A DNA stretch of 64,000 nt from positions 224,001 through 288,000 of the forward strand of contig CAXXKA010000008.1 in NCBI GenBank assembly GCA_963668625.2. The letters run 5' to 3'. The position numbers were made by a program, and so were the translations under genes. The notes beneath the pieces were generated by a model. That model made no database searches. It saw nothing but the letters and a program-made list of their open reading frames with translations, and had not been told where the DNA came from. The stretch comes from an uncultured candidate division Zixibacteria bacterium. GTDB taxonomy: Bacteria > Zixibacteria > MSB-5A5 > UBA10806 > 4484-95. Positions 10,580-19,432 of this stretch are shown here, in pieces. Position 1 is the stretch's first letter, and the number at the start of each line of letters is the position of its first letter.

Positions 10580-10648
10580 CTGTCGTCATGTTTTACGGCT
10601 TGCTTTGTGATGACAGTTAAAATATAGAGTTTTTACAATAAAAGTCAA
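10580..10648 (-). promoter_or_regulatory. sigma70-type promoter and imperfect inverted repeat of TrmB copy 2
   Basis: TTGACT-N16-TATATT (10648-10621); CTGTCGTCA-N19-TGATGACAG at 10580-10616. Confidence 0.65.
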
Positions 10649-10746
10649 GGAAATACTTATTAATTATTATAACATAATAAGTTACAGCATAATATTCAAA
10701 TAGGATTAACCAGATTTGACATATTTTCAGCAGATTATTTTAAGCT

Positions 10747-10772
10747 AAAAAGGCGGCCCGTTAAGGCCGCCT
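10747..10772 (-). terminator. Intrinsic terminator
   Basis: AGGCGGCC-loop-GGCCGCCT followed by a T run on the minus strand. Confidence 0.75.
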
Positions 10773-10847
10773 ATCGTAGATCAAGGTCAAAGTGTTAGAG
10801 CACTTTCAAGAAGTAGTAGCTGAGTTTAATTACTCGAATCAAGGAGT

Positions 10848-12932
10848 TCATTCACAATTTGGCCAGCCATCGGGAGCCTCGGCCGGTAAATCGCCGCTGC
10901 TTTGCCAGGATGGCTCATAATCCGGGCAGAAATGTAATTCGTTCGCGCCTCGGAAATATTGTACCAGGTAAGTGACATCAGCGCCGATTACCGAACAATC
11001 ACCGTTAGCATCAGCCGAGTTATAGAAACCACCGACCAGACATGGCGCGGCGATAGCCCGGAAATAGTTCACCAGGTAGGTGACATCAGCGCCGATTACA
11101 TTCGGCGGCCACGAGCCGGCAGCCATGTTGGCATCACCGGGGAGGTAGTCATAAATACTCGGTTCTTCGCAGATATCAGCTATCTCATTGCCATCATCAT
11201 CATAGCAGGTCTCGCCCGGGTAGAAAGTAGAGGATGAGTATTGGCTGCATTCTTCTTCATCCTGAGTTTCTACGCACATATTAGTTGAGCCCGCCCAATA
11301 GCAGCAAGCTCCACTTTGCGAACCGCCTTCGCAGATATCAGCTATCTCGTTACCGTCATCATCATAGCAGGTCTCGCCCGGGTAGAAAGTTGAGGATGAG
11401 TATTGACTGCATTCTTCTTCATCCTGAGTTTCTACGCACATATTAGTTGAGCCCGCCCAATAGCAGCAAGCTCCACTTTGCGAACCGCCTTCGCAGATAT
11501 CAGCTATCTCGTTACCGTCATCATCATAGCAGGTCTCGCCCGGGTAGAAAGTAGAGGATGAGTATTGGCTGCATTCTTCCTCATCCTGAGTTTCTACGCA
11601 CATATTAGTTGAGCCCGCCCAATAGCAGCAAGCTCCACTTTGCGAACCGCCTTCGCAGATATCAGCTATTTCATTGCCATCATCATCATAGCAGGTCTCG
11701 CCCGGGTAGAAAGTAGAGGATGAGTATTGGCTGCATTCTTCCTCATCCTGAGTTTCTACGCACATATTAGTTGAGCCCGCCCAATAGCAGCAAGCTCCAC
11801 TTTGCGAACCGCCTTCGCAGATATCAGCTATCTCATTGCCATCATCATCATAGCAAGTTTCATTCGGGTAGAATGTTGAGGATGAGTATTGACTGCATTC
11901 TTCTTCATCCTCGGTTTCGGTGCACATCATATATGGTCCGGACATATAGCAGCAAGCTCCACCTACCGGCGGCGGCTCGCAGATATCGGCTGTCTCGTTG
12001 CCGTTATTATCGGCGCATGTCTCACCGTAATAGAAATCGCCTAAATATATTTCCTCGCATTGTTCCATATCTATAACGAGGCATTTAGTCTCATAACCAT
12101 CCAGGTAGCAACAGGCGCCTTCCTCTTGCATTTGTTCGCAAATATCGGCTATATCATTACTGTCGTCATCATCGCAGGTAGCTCCGGGATGAAATGTGCC
12201 TCCCGGATACTGGTCGCATTCGGACTGATCTGCGGCAGACGTACAATTGGTGGTGATACCGGATACATAGCAGCACGCGCCCGGTTGATCGGTAACGCTT
12301 TCCAAACAAAAAGCATGATCGTAAGGCGTCTGATTCCAATATCCGCCGTCTGTCTCAAAAACAACGGAGTTACCTTCGCCGGCATCCTGCCACATAAACC
12401 AACATTCTTCCTCGATTTCGGCGTTACCGACTATCGATATCCAGCCATCGCTTAAATTCAAAGGTGGATTTATTGTTGCTTTATATTTCCGCTGATAATA
12501 ATCTGAGTAGATCTGACCGGTTTCTTCAACGGATGCGGTTACCTTATAAACCGCCTCGATAGCCCCGGGGAAGTCCGGCCAGCCTGGATCATAACTGCGA
12601 AATACGATCCAGAAAGTGGAAGGCAGACAATTACTTGGTAACATACCCTCAAGGCTGTTATAGCCAGTCGTGCCCCACCAGGAAACTTGCTGTATCGTTC
12701 CGGTAACTCCCGTAAAGTTATCGAATATAAGAAATCCAGCATTAATATTCGATGACAGAAACTCCACCGAGGCCGAATCAACTGACGGATCCTGACCAAA
12801 TATTGCAAATTCGCTGCAGGTTTGATCCTGGATATCATAAAAGGCAGCTCCCGGATCGGCAAAAGCAGCACCCACTAAAACACAGTATATAGCCACAACC
12901 AGCGGCATTAACGAGCGTTTCTTCATGTTCAT
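10848..12932 (-). CDS. Secreted protein: N-terminal 'GQDP...SWWG' domain, 7 GACC repeats with DDDGNEIADICE Ca-binding-like motifs, dockerin-like tail
   Basis: Signal peptide MNMKKRSLMPLV...AFA. Start moved from 13013 to about 12932 (GGAG at 12942-12939). Four identical 54-aa repeats. Same tail as 5509. Confidence 0.87.
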   Translation of the reverse strand: MNMKKRSLMPLVVAIYCVLVGAAFADPGAAFYDIQDQTCSEFAIFGQDPSVDSASVEFLSSNINAGFLIFDNFTGVTGTIQQVSWWGTTGYNSLEGMLPSNCLPSTFWIVFRSYDPGWPDFPGAIEAVYKVTASVEETGQIYSDYYQRKYKATINPPLNLSDGWISIVGNAEIEEECWFMWQDAGEGNSVVFETDGGYWNQTPYDHAFCLESVTDQPGACCYVSGITTNCTSAADQSECDQYPGGTFHPGATCDDDDSNDIADICEQMQEEGACCYLDGYETKCLVIDMEQCEEIYLGDFYYGETCADNNGNETADICEPPPVGGACCYMSGPYMMCTETEDEEECSQYSSSTFYPNETCYDDDGNEIADICEGGSQSGACCYWAGSTNMCVETQDEEECSQYSSSTFYPGETCYDDDGNEIADICEGGSQSGACCYWAGSTNMCVETQDEEECSQYSSSTFYPGETCYDDDGNEIADICEGGSQSGACCYWAGSTNMCVETQDEEECSQYSSSTFYPGETCYDDDGNEIADICEGGSQSGACCYWAGSTNMCVETQDEEECSQYSSSTFYPGETCYDDDGNEIADICEEPSIYDYLPGDANMAAGSWPPNVIGADVTYLVNYFRAIAAPCLVGGFYNSADANGDCSVIGADVTYLVQYFRGANELHFCPDYEPSWQSSGDLPAEAPDGWPNCE
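11166..11962 (-). repeat. Intragenic tandem repeat, 162-bp unit (4 near-identical copies plus 1 diverged)
   Basis: 'gcagcaagctccactttgcgaacc' at 11301, 11463, 11625 and 11787. Confidence 0.93.
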
Positions 12933-13034
12933 GTTCATCTCCAAACCTGTAAATACTACTAATCTTTTCATGATTCTCATATTACAGGGCAGTTTTCTTG
13001 ATTCTTTTTCCAAATCTTTTATATTGCTTTACTT

Positions 13035-13120
13035 CGGGAACATCCTCCCGATTTTTCCAAGAGAGCCGTCAGGTGAGTAATCATCTAACGGCTTTTTACT
13101 TTACCTGATTTTCCCAGTTA
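13035..13120. promoter_or_regulatory. Conserved two-hairpin intergenic element (copy C)
   Basis: CGGGA/TCCCG stem; GCCGTCAGGTGA-gtaa-TCATCTAACGGC; TTTTT; ACCTGATTTTCCCAGTTA. Confidence 0.6.
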
Positions 13121-13165
13121 TCAAATGAACGGTTAAACGAATACTAATTATTAAGTTTTCTAATA

Positions 13166-15511
13166 CTATTTTAAAAGCACCATGCTCTTGCTGGATATAC
13201 CATCAGCGCTTTTAAGACGATAAAAATAAATACCTGATGAGACAACATCTCCAGACTTACCTGTTCCATCCCAGATTACGCTGTACGTACCGGCAGCGAG
13301 GTTGCCATCGTAAACCGTTTTAACTAATCGCCCGCTGATATCGTAAATCTCAAGGGTAATATCGCCGGTGTTTCTTAAAACAAAATTTATCGAGGTGGTA
13401 GCATTGAATGGATTAGGATAGTTTTGTAAAAGCGAGGTTCGTTCGGGAATAAGATTCTCATGAGGATTATCGATACCTACCATCGTGGAATCGAAATATA
13501 AGCAAAAAGACAGGTCATACGGGATAGATTGCCATACCCCGACACTATCATCATATGTAGCTCCTGAACCGTCATGAGCATCCTGCCAGAAGAAATAACA
13601 ACCATCATTATCATTACCGCGGATTATCATCCAGCCGCTGCTCATCGGGATCGGTGGAATCAGGCCTGCCTCAAATTTATACTCGTCTATACCATCAAAC
13701 GAAACGGCCGTTGCTACGGGAGTTGTCGTAACATCATAGATGGACACCGTATCGCCCGGTATTGTCGGGTGACTGAGATTGTTTCTGCATAAAATTATTT
13801 GGAAATCATGCGATTGAGCGCCGCAGTTGGATAAATCTTCATCCAGAAGGCCGCCCCACCATGATATCTTATTGAACTCCTCACTTAAGCCGGTGAACCT
13901 GTCGGAGGAAGCGGCTCCGCTACCAGCCTCAGAACCATAAAAATGGGCAAACTCACCGTTTTCTGATGGATTTTGTCCGAAAAGAGCATCGCTTTTGCAC
14001 GCCTGTATTGTTGTACCGCTAATAGTCAAAACGTAACCGATTGGATTACCGGTGTATGATGCGATCGGATAATAATAAGTGCCCGGATCGAGATCATACC
14101 ATTCGGCGTAATATTCAAAATATTCATTGCCGCCCGCATCGCACTCATCAAAATCCTGGCTCGATGGTCCTACGATATCGAAATCACATGGACATGACTT
14201 ATTCAAATAGCTGTACCACATGCAGAATACGCTATCGGGGTAAGAACCGGAACCACAGAAATCGATTTTAATATCCATTGTTTCTTCAGTAGTGAATTTG
14301 ACCCAGATTTCAGGCAACCAATCACTGTTTATCCCGCAGTCAATTGTGGCTCCGCTATTGGTTGGCCCGCTTAAGACCACTTCTGAACCTGATTCAATAA
14401 CTCCGGCGTCAAAGGCATTTTCGCAATCATCATTCTCCGGCGCCTCGGGAGTCTCCCAGACACTTAAAAATCCGGTACCCGTGGGTCTATTTGACTCACC
14501 TGCAATTTCAATCAAGTACTGTTGGCCTTCAACCACATCAAAAGTTACCTGCGGGAAGATGGCATTGTAATCCAAGCAGTGGTCGATGAGAAAATAGTCC
14601 GGGGAACTGATAGTCAACAGGTATTCGCCTTCATTTGTATAATATGGAAAATAATTATTACCTCCAGAAACTATGACATAATAGGTCTCCGCGCTGACAA
14701 CGGGAAAATTATAGATACTTGAGTGATTATATTCGGCGCAATCACGGTTATCACTGCAAGCGAGCTGAAATCCCTCATCATCCATAATCGCCAGTGCGGT
14801 ATTGAAATCCACATCCGAACCGCAAAGCGAGAAGGTCACGTAGCCGTCAAAGGTGGCGGTATAGGAATACACGGCATCGGGGGCTTCTTCGTTAGGATAA
14901 ACACAATCTAAGAAATAGTCGTGCTGGAATCCAACAGTCGAGCCGCTATAAGCAAGAGGCAGCATACCCGTAATAGGCACAGCGGTTTCGATCGTTTCGC
15001 CGCCGGCAATTTCCTGTATGGTAGGTTCCACTCCGGGAACGGGGCATACCGAGCCATCGTAAACGGCCATCATGGGGTTTACCGGATTTTCCCATTCAGG
15101 ATCGAATAGATTGGCCTGTACTGATCCGGTTATCGTAGCGGTATAAAGGAACCATATATTCGGCGAGTTTATAAACGTGCCGGGGCCATCGAAAGTAGAC
15201 TCTCTATTATCCCACGGTTCGTTGTAAAAAAAACCGCTCACCTCAGTGGCATTCATGCAATCATCATTAGGTGGTACATCCAACGCCATTCCGGGATCAG
15301 CTTCGGCCCATTCCGTTTTTTTCATCTCCCTGTAGACAACCCTCCCATCAACGCTTCTAATTAGCCGATAAGTATCGGTTTCGCTAATAACTACACCGTA
15401 TTCGCCAATAATCGAGGCTTTGTCCAAAGGCGTCAGCCCGTTTACGCCTGATTCGGCATATAGCGGACATGACGCGGCTAAGATCATCAATAATAGCAAT
15501 GCTCTTTTCAT
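13166..15511 (-). CDS. Secreted multidomain protein ('NDDC.NA' domains plus 'GQNP...SWWG' domain) with T9SS-type-A/FlgD-like CTD
   Basis: Signal peptide from ATG 15511 (RBS GGAGGA); LLQNYPNPFNATT; collinear paralog of 19433..21772. Confidence 0.88.
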   Translation of the reverse strand: MKRALLLLMILAASCPLYAESGVNGLTPLDKASIIGEYGVVISETDTYRLIRSVDGRVVYREMKKTEWAEADPGMALDVPPNDDCMNATEVSGFFYNEPWDNRESTFDGPGTFINSPNIWFLYTATITGSVQANLFDPEWENPVNPMMAVYDGSVCPVPGVEPTIQEIAGGETIETAVPITGMLPLAYSGSTVGFQHDYFLDCVYPNEEAPDAVYSYTATFDGYVTFSLCGSDVDFNTALAIMDDEGFQLACSDNRDCAEYNHSSIYNFPVVSAETYYVIVSGGNNYFPYYTNEGEYLLTISSPDYFLIDHCLDYNAIFPQVTFDVVEGQQYLIEIAGESNRPTGTGFLSVWETPEAPENDDCENAFDAGVIESGSEVVLSGPTNSGATIDCGINSDWLPEIWVKFTTEETMDIKIDFCGSGSYPDSVFCMWYSYLNKSCPCDFDIVGPSSQDFDECDAGGNEYFEYYAEWYDLDPGTYYYPIASYTGNPIGYVLTISGTTIQACKSDALFGQNPSENGEFAHFYGSEAGSGAASSDRFTGLSEEFNKISWWGGLLDEDLSNCGAQSHDFQIILCRNNLSHPTIPGDTVSIYDVTTTPVATAVSFDGIDEYKFEAGLIPPIPMSSGWMIIRGNDNDGCYFFWQDAHDGSGATYDDSVGVWQSIPYDLSFCLYFDSTMVGIDNPHENLIPERTSLLQNYPNPFNATTSINFVLRNTGDITLEIYDISGRLVKTVYDGNLAAGTYSVIWDGTGKSGDVVSSGIYFYRLKSADGISSKSMVLLK

Positions 15512-15591
15512 AACTTCCTCCAGTTGCACGTTTTACACTTATAATTTATTGATATTGATTTTCCTGATTCACTTTTTAATGGTTGCATTTA

Positions 15592-16467
15592 TTACTCTTT
15601 TTTAGAAAGATAATATTTGCGTCCGTCAAGAATGTAATGGTCGATTGCGTCGTTCCAATAAGCCTCAAACATTCTCTTGAATCCCCGACTATAAATAGGA
15701 TGATCAATAACTAATCCGGTCAGTATAAACTCACCTAATACTTGATGTTCGAGAACAAAGAGCGTAGTTGAGCCATCAAAAATACCCCCTTTCACAGGCA
15801 AATTTTCGATTAGCCTCAATTCTTCATAATCCGGCTCGAAAGCCCTGTTAATATCTTTATACATTTGAATCCTGCTGGCCTCATCGGGCGGCAATTCATG
15901 TATAATTCTTAATTTCACATTACGTAGATGAGCAGCTTCGTTTAATACTTTATATTGCTCTTTCTTCAAGTTTGGTGAATCGTAAACAAGAGGGGTTCTG
16001 GCAAATCCAAGTATTTCCGATTTGGCGTTTACGCATAACTGAATATACCGGCGATAAATTTGGTCAGGATTTCTGAGTATTTCTATATTGTCGACAGAAT
16101 TTCCATCGTAGGCCTCATTGTCACGCTTGGAATCGAATTCTCTTTTTAAAATTAAAACCGCTTTGCTGATTTCTTTTTTTTGCTCTTTATATTCCGTGTC
16201 TATTCTGTTTTCCAATTTATCCTGAAGGACTATGGGGCTGGCTGCACTATATCTTTTTACTTTGCCGGGTTTCAAGACAGCTAATCCTTCAACCATCAAC
16301 GACTCAAGGACATCATAAATACGTGTCCTCGGTACGCGTGAGATTCTAGCAATTTCGCTTACAGTCAGGGATTCCCTTTCTAAGAGTGCCAAATAAGTTC
16401 TGGCTTCATAGCTGCTAAGGCCTAACGTCTTTGTTCCCTCAAGTATCTGGACTATATTGTTCTTCAT
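15592..16467 (-). CDS. TrmB-family transcriptional regulator (copy 3)
   Basis: LGLSSYEARTYLALL...VPRTRIYDVLESL. Start moved to ATG 16467 because the ORF extension overlaps the promoter. Confidence 0.9.
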   Translation of the reverse strand: MKNNIVQILEGTKTLGLSSYEARTYLALLERESLTVSEIARISRVPRTRIYDVLESLMVEGLAVLKPGKVKRYSAASPIVLQDKLENRIDTEYKEQKKEISKAVLILKREFDSKRDNEAYDGNSVDNIEILRNPDQIYRRYIQLCVNAKSEILGFARTPLVYDSPNLKKEQYKVLNEAAHLRNVKLRIIHELPPDEASRIQMYKDINRAFEPDYEELRLIENLPVKGGIFDGSTTLFVLEHQVLGEFILTGLVIDHPIYSRGFKRMFEAYWNDAIDHYILDGRKYYLSKKE

Positions 16468-16516
16468 TAAAACTCTTCTTTTATTTAAGATTACATTTAT
16501 TTTTCTTATTACTGTA

Positions 16517-16564
16517 ACCTCTATAGAGGTAGTGACAATATACAGAACATTTTTCACTTGTCAA
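16517..16564 (-). promoter_or_regulatory. sigma70-type promoter and palindrome of TrmB copy 3
   Basis: TTGACA-N16-TATATT (16564-16537); perfect palindrome ACCTCTATAGAGGT at 16517-16530. Confidence 0.72.
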
Positions 16565-16659
16565 GAAAAATGCTATAATTAGTTATAATACTGTTAGTTA
16601 CGCCGGCTAAGGAAATATTGAATTTAGGTCTTATTTGTCATTCGGAATATAATTGGAGT

Positions 16660-16688
16660 AAAAAAGGCGGCCCTATGCAGAGCCGCCT
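16660..16688 (-). terminator. Intrinsic terminator
   Basis: AGGCGGC...GCCGCCT stem plus T run on the minus strand. Confidence 0.75.
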
Positions 16689-16764
16689 GCGGTAGATCAA
16701 GGTCAAAGTGTTAGAGCACTTTTCAAGAAGTAGTAGCTGAGTTTAATTACTCGAATCAAGGAGT

Positions 16765-18969
16765 TCATTCACAATTCGGCCAGCCATCGGGAGCCTCGGG
16801 CGGTAAATCACCGCTGCTTTGCCAGGTTGGCTCATAGTCCGGGCAGAAATGTAATTCGTTCGCGCCTCGGAAATATTGCACCAGGTAGGTAACGTCAGCG
16901 CCGATTACCGAACAATCTCCGTTAGCATCAGCCGAGTTATAGAAACCACCGACCAGACATGGCGCGGCGATAGCCCGGAAATAGTTCACCAGGTAGGTGA
17001 CATCCGCGCCGATTACATTCGGCGGCCACGAGCCGGCAGCCATGTTGGCGTCACCGGGGAGGTATTGGAAGCCCTGTTGCGGTTCGCAGACATCGGAAAT
17101 ACTGTTGCCGTTGTTATCACTGCAATCAGCTCCTGCGCCTTTCCAATCACCATTATATTCGGTTTGACATTCGCCTTCGGTCATAATCCAACAGCTATAG
17201 CCATCGTTCCAGCAACAGGCACCTAACGGATCCCCGTCACAACCGGACCAGCCGAATTCCTCATCGAATTCGCCGCAATCCGTATAGTCACCCATGTAAT
17301 TACCATAGCACTCAGCTTCGGTCGTTACGCTACAATAGTAGCCATTATTGTAACAACAGGCACCGGTCGGGATCTCTTCGCAGGCCTCGGGAATATCGTC
17401 TTCATCTTCCGGATCTTCGTAGCAATCGGTGCCCGCGCCTTTGTACTCACCACCAGCCAACTGACAATCAAGTGCGTTAAGCAGATCACATGAATCATCA
17501 CCATAGCAACAAGCGCCAGGGACATCCTCACAGAGATCATTGATATTGTTATTGTTGTTGTCAATATGAATACAGTAAGTACCATCACCCAGATAAGTAC
17601 CTTCCCAGGAATTACAATATTCTACGGTTCCATCGAAACAGACAATGTCCTCTGATTCCGGGTCTACAAGACAGCAGGCGCCGTAAACCGGTTCTTCACA
17701 GATCTCGGCGATTTCGTCTTCGTCCTCAGGGTCATCATAACAATCAGTGCCAATACCTCTGAACTCTCCGTTATACTCTTCACCTTCACACTCCCATTCG
17801 GGAACGTAAGCGCACTCGTTTTCTCCATAACAGCAAGCGCCGGGCAGATCATCACAAATACCTTCGTAACACTGGGTTCCATCGCCCAAGTATATTCCTT
17901 CCCAGCTGATGCAGTCATCTTCAGTCACTTCATCCTGGCATTCCCCCCATGACATACAACAGGCGCCGGCCGGGATTACTTCGCAAACCTCAGCGATATC
18001 GTCTTCATCCTCCGGGTCATCATAACAATCAGTGCCCGCGCCTTTAAATTCGCCACCGGCCAACTGACAATCAAGTGCGTTAAGCAGGCCACATGAATCA
18101 TCACCATAGCAACAAGCGCCAGGGACATCCTCACAGAGATCATTGATATTGTTATTGTTGTTGTCAATATGAATGCAGTAAGTACCATCACCCAGATAAG
18201 TACCTTCCCAGATATTGCAATCTTCTACGGTTCCATCTAAACAGACAATGTCCTCTGATTCCGGGTCTACAAGACAGCAGGCGCCGTAAACCGGTTCTTC
18301 ACAGATCTCGGCGATTTCGTCTTCGTCCTCAGGATCATCATAACAATCAGTGCCAATACCTCTGAACTCTCCGTTATACTCTTCACCTTCACACTCCCAT
18401 TCGGGAACGTAAGCGCACTCGTTTTCTCCATAACAGCAAGCGCCGGGCAGATCATCACAAATACCCTCGTAACACTGGGTTCCATCGCCCAAGTATATTC
18501 CTTCCCAGCTGATGCAGTCATCTTCAGTCACTTCATCCTGGCATTCCCCCCATGACATACAACAGGCGCCGGCCGGGATTACTTCGCAAACCTCAGCGAT
18601 ATCGTCTTCATCCTCCGGGTCATCATAACAATCAGTGCCCGCGCCTTTGTACTCACCACCAGCCAACTGACAATCAAGTGCGTTAAGCAGATCACATGAA
18701 TCATCACCATAGCAACAAGCGCCAGGGACATCCTCACAGAGATCATTGATATTGTTATTGTTGTTGTCAATATGAATACAGTAAGTACCATCACCCAGAT
18801 AAGTACCTTCCCAGGAATTACAATCTTCTACGGTTCCATCTAAACAGACAATGTCCTCTGATTCCGGGTCTACAAGACAGCAGGCGCCGTAAGTCTGTGC
18901 TAATCCCGGGACAGCCATCAGACAAACATATAAAGCTGCTGATATTAACATCACTATTTTTTTAAACAT
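16765..18969 (-). CDS. Secreted highly acidic Cys-rich protein: 12 GACC repeats plus dockerin-like tail
   Basis: Signal peptide; GACC units in the order A-B-C-D-A-B-C-D-A-B-E-F; acidic motifs DPEDEDDIAEVCE and DNNNNNINDLCE; same tail. Confidence 0.88.
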   Translation of the reverse strand: MFKKIVMLISAALYVCLMAVPGLAQTYGACCLVDPESEDIVCLDGTVEDCNSWEGTYLGDGTYCIHIDNNNNNINDLCEDVPGACCYGDDSCDLLNALDCQLAGGEYKGAGTDCYDDPEDEDDIAEVCEVIPAGACCMSWGECQDEVTEDDCISWEGIYLGDGTQCYEGICDDLPGACCYGENECAYVPEWECEGEEYNGEFRGIGTDCYDDPEDEDEIAEICEEPVYGACCLVDPESEDIVCLDGTVEDCNIWEGTYLGDGTYCIHIDNNNNNINDLCEDVPGACCYGDDSCGLLNALDCQLAGGEFKGAGTDCYDDPEDEDDIAEVCEVIPAGACCMSWGECQDEVTEDDCISWEGIYLGDGTQCYEGICDDLPGACCYGENECAYVPEWECEGEEYNGEFRGIGTDCYDDPEDEDEIAEICEEPVYGACCLVDPESEDIVCFDGTVEYCNSWEGTYLGDGTYCIHIDNNNNNINDLCEDVPGACCYGDDSCDLLNALDCQLAGGEYKGAGTDCYEDPEDEDDIPEACEEIPTGACCYNNGYYCSVTTEAECYGNYMGDYTDCGEFDEEFGWSGCDGDPLGACCWNDGYSCWIMTEGECQTEYNGDWKGAGADCSDNNGNSISDVCEPQQGFQYLPGDANMAAGSWPPNVIGADVTYLVNYFRAIAAPCLVGGFYNSADANGDCSVIGADVTYLVQYFRGANELHFCPDYEPTWQSSGDLPPEAPDGWPNCE
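17390..18892 (-). repeat. Higher-order intragenic repeat, 603-bp unit, about 2.5 copies
   Basis: Near-identical blocks offset by 603 nt (for example the shadow ORFs at 17664/18267 and 17976/18579). Confidence 0.92.
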
Positions 18970-19244
18970 CTTTTCTCAGTCTCCATTTTTTGTGAAAATA
19001 CGATTACAATAAAATGAAACTAATTTGTTTTCGCTTACATTGTATATGTAACAATGGTCCTGCGTTTTGTTTTTCCTGACTTCCAATTTTAATTTTTCAA
19101 ATAACATCACTAGTGTCCGGTGTTTTTCGTTAAATTTTAAATTTCTCCTTGGAATTGTTAATGAAAAATATTTTCCGATATAATTATTTTATTCAGCGTA
19201 TCATTCATCCTGACATATCCTGCCGATGTTAGGCTTGGTTTTCT

Positions 19245-19337
19245 GGTTTCCAAGCGCTGCTTGGAAACCTTCTTGAATCATGTAGAATGCGCATTCTGCC
19301 GGCAAACAAGCCACGTTGCGAAGCAGCGCTTCGCAAC
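19245..19337. repeat. Pair of REP-like palindromes
   Basis: GGTTTCCAAGC-gct-GCTTGGAAACC and GTTGCGAAGC-agc-GCTTCGCAAC, with loops in opposite orientation. Confidence 0.55.
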
Positions 19338-19432
19338 GAGATGAAAAGACCGGACAGTAGTGAAATAACATCTTAAATGAATTTAGTTTTTATTTTTATT
19401 TACACTATCTTAAACCGACTTCCTCGTTTACT

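Noticed and set aside
10795-10851. Small ORF MNSLIRVIKLSYYFLKVL overlapping the dockerin gene stop (ATGA) in the conserved 3' UTR
   Set aside because: The frame is broken by single-base indels in the other two copies: an immediate stop at the 5509 copy and a frameshift at the 16765 copy.
5830-18892. Regular direct repeats as a CRISPR array
   Set aside because: The units are 156-603 bp, in frame, inside coding sequence, and have no unique spacers. No cas genes are present.
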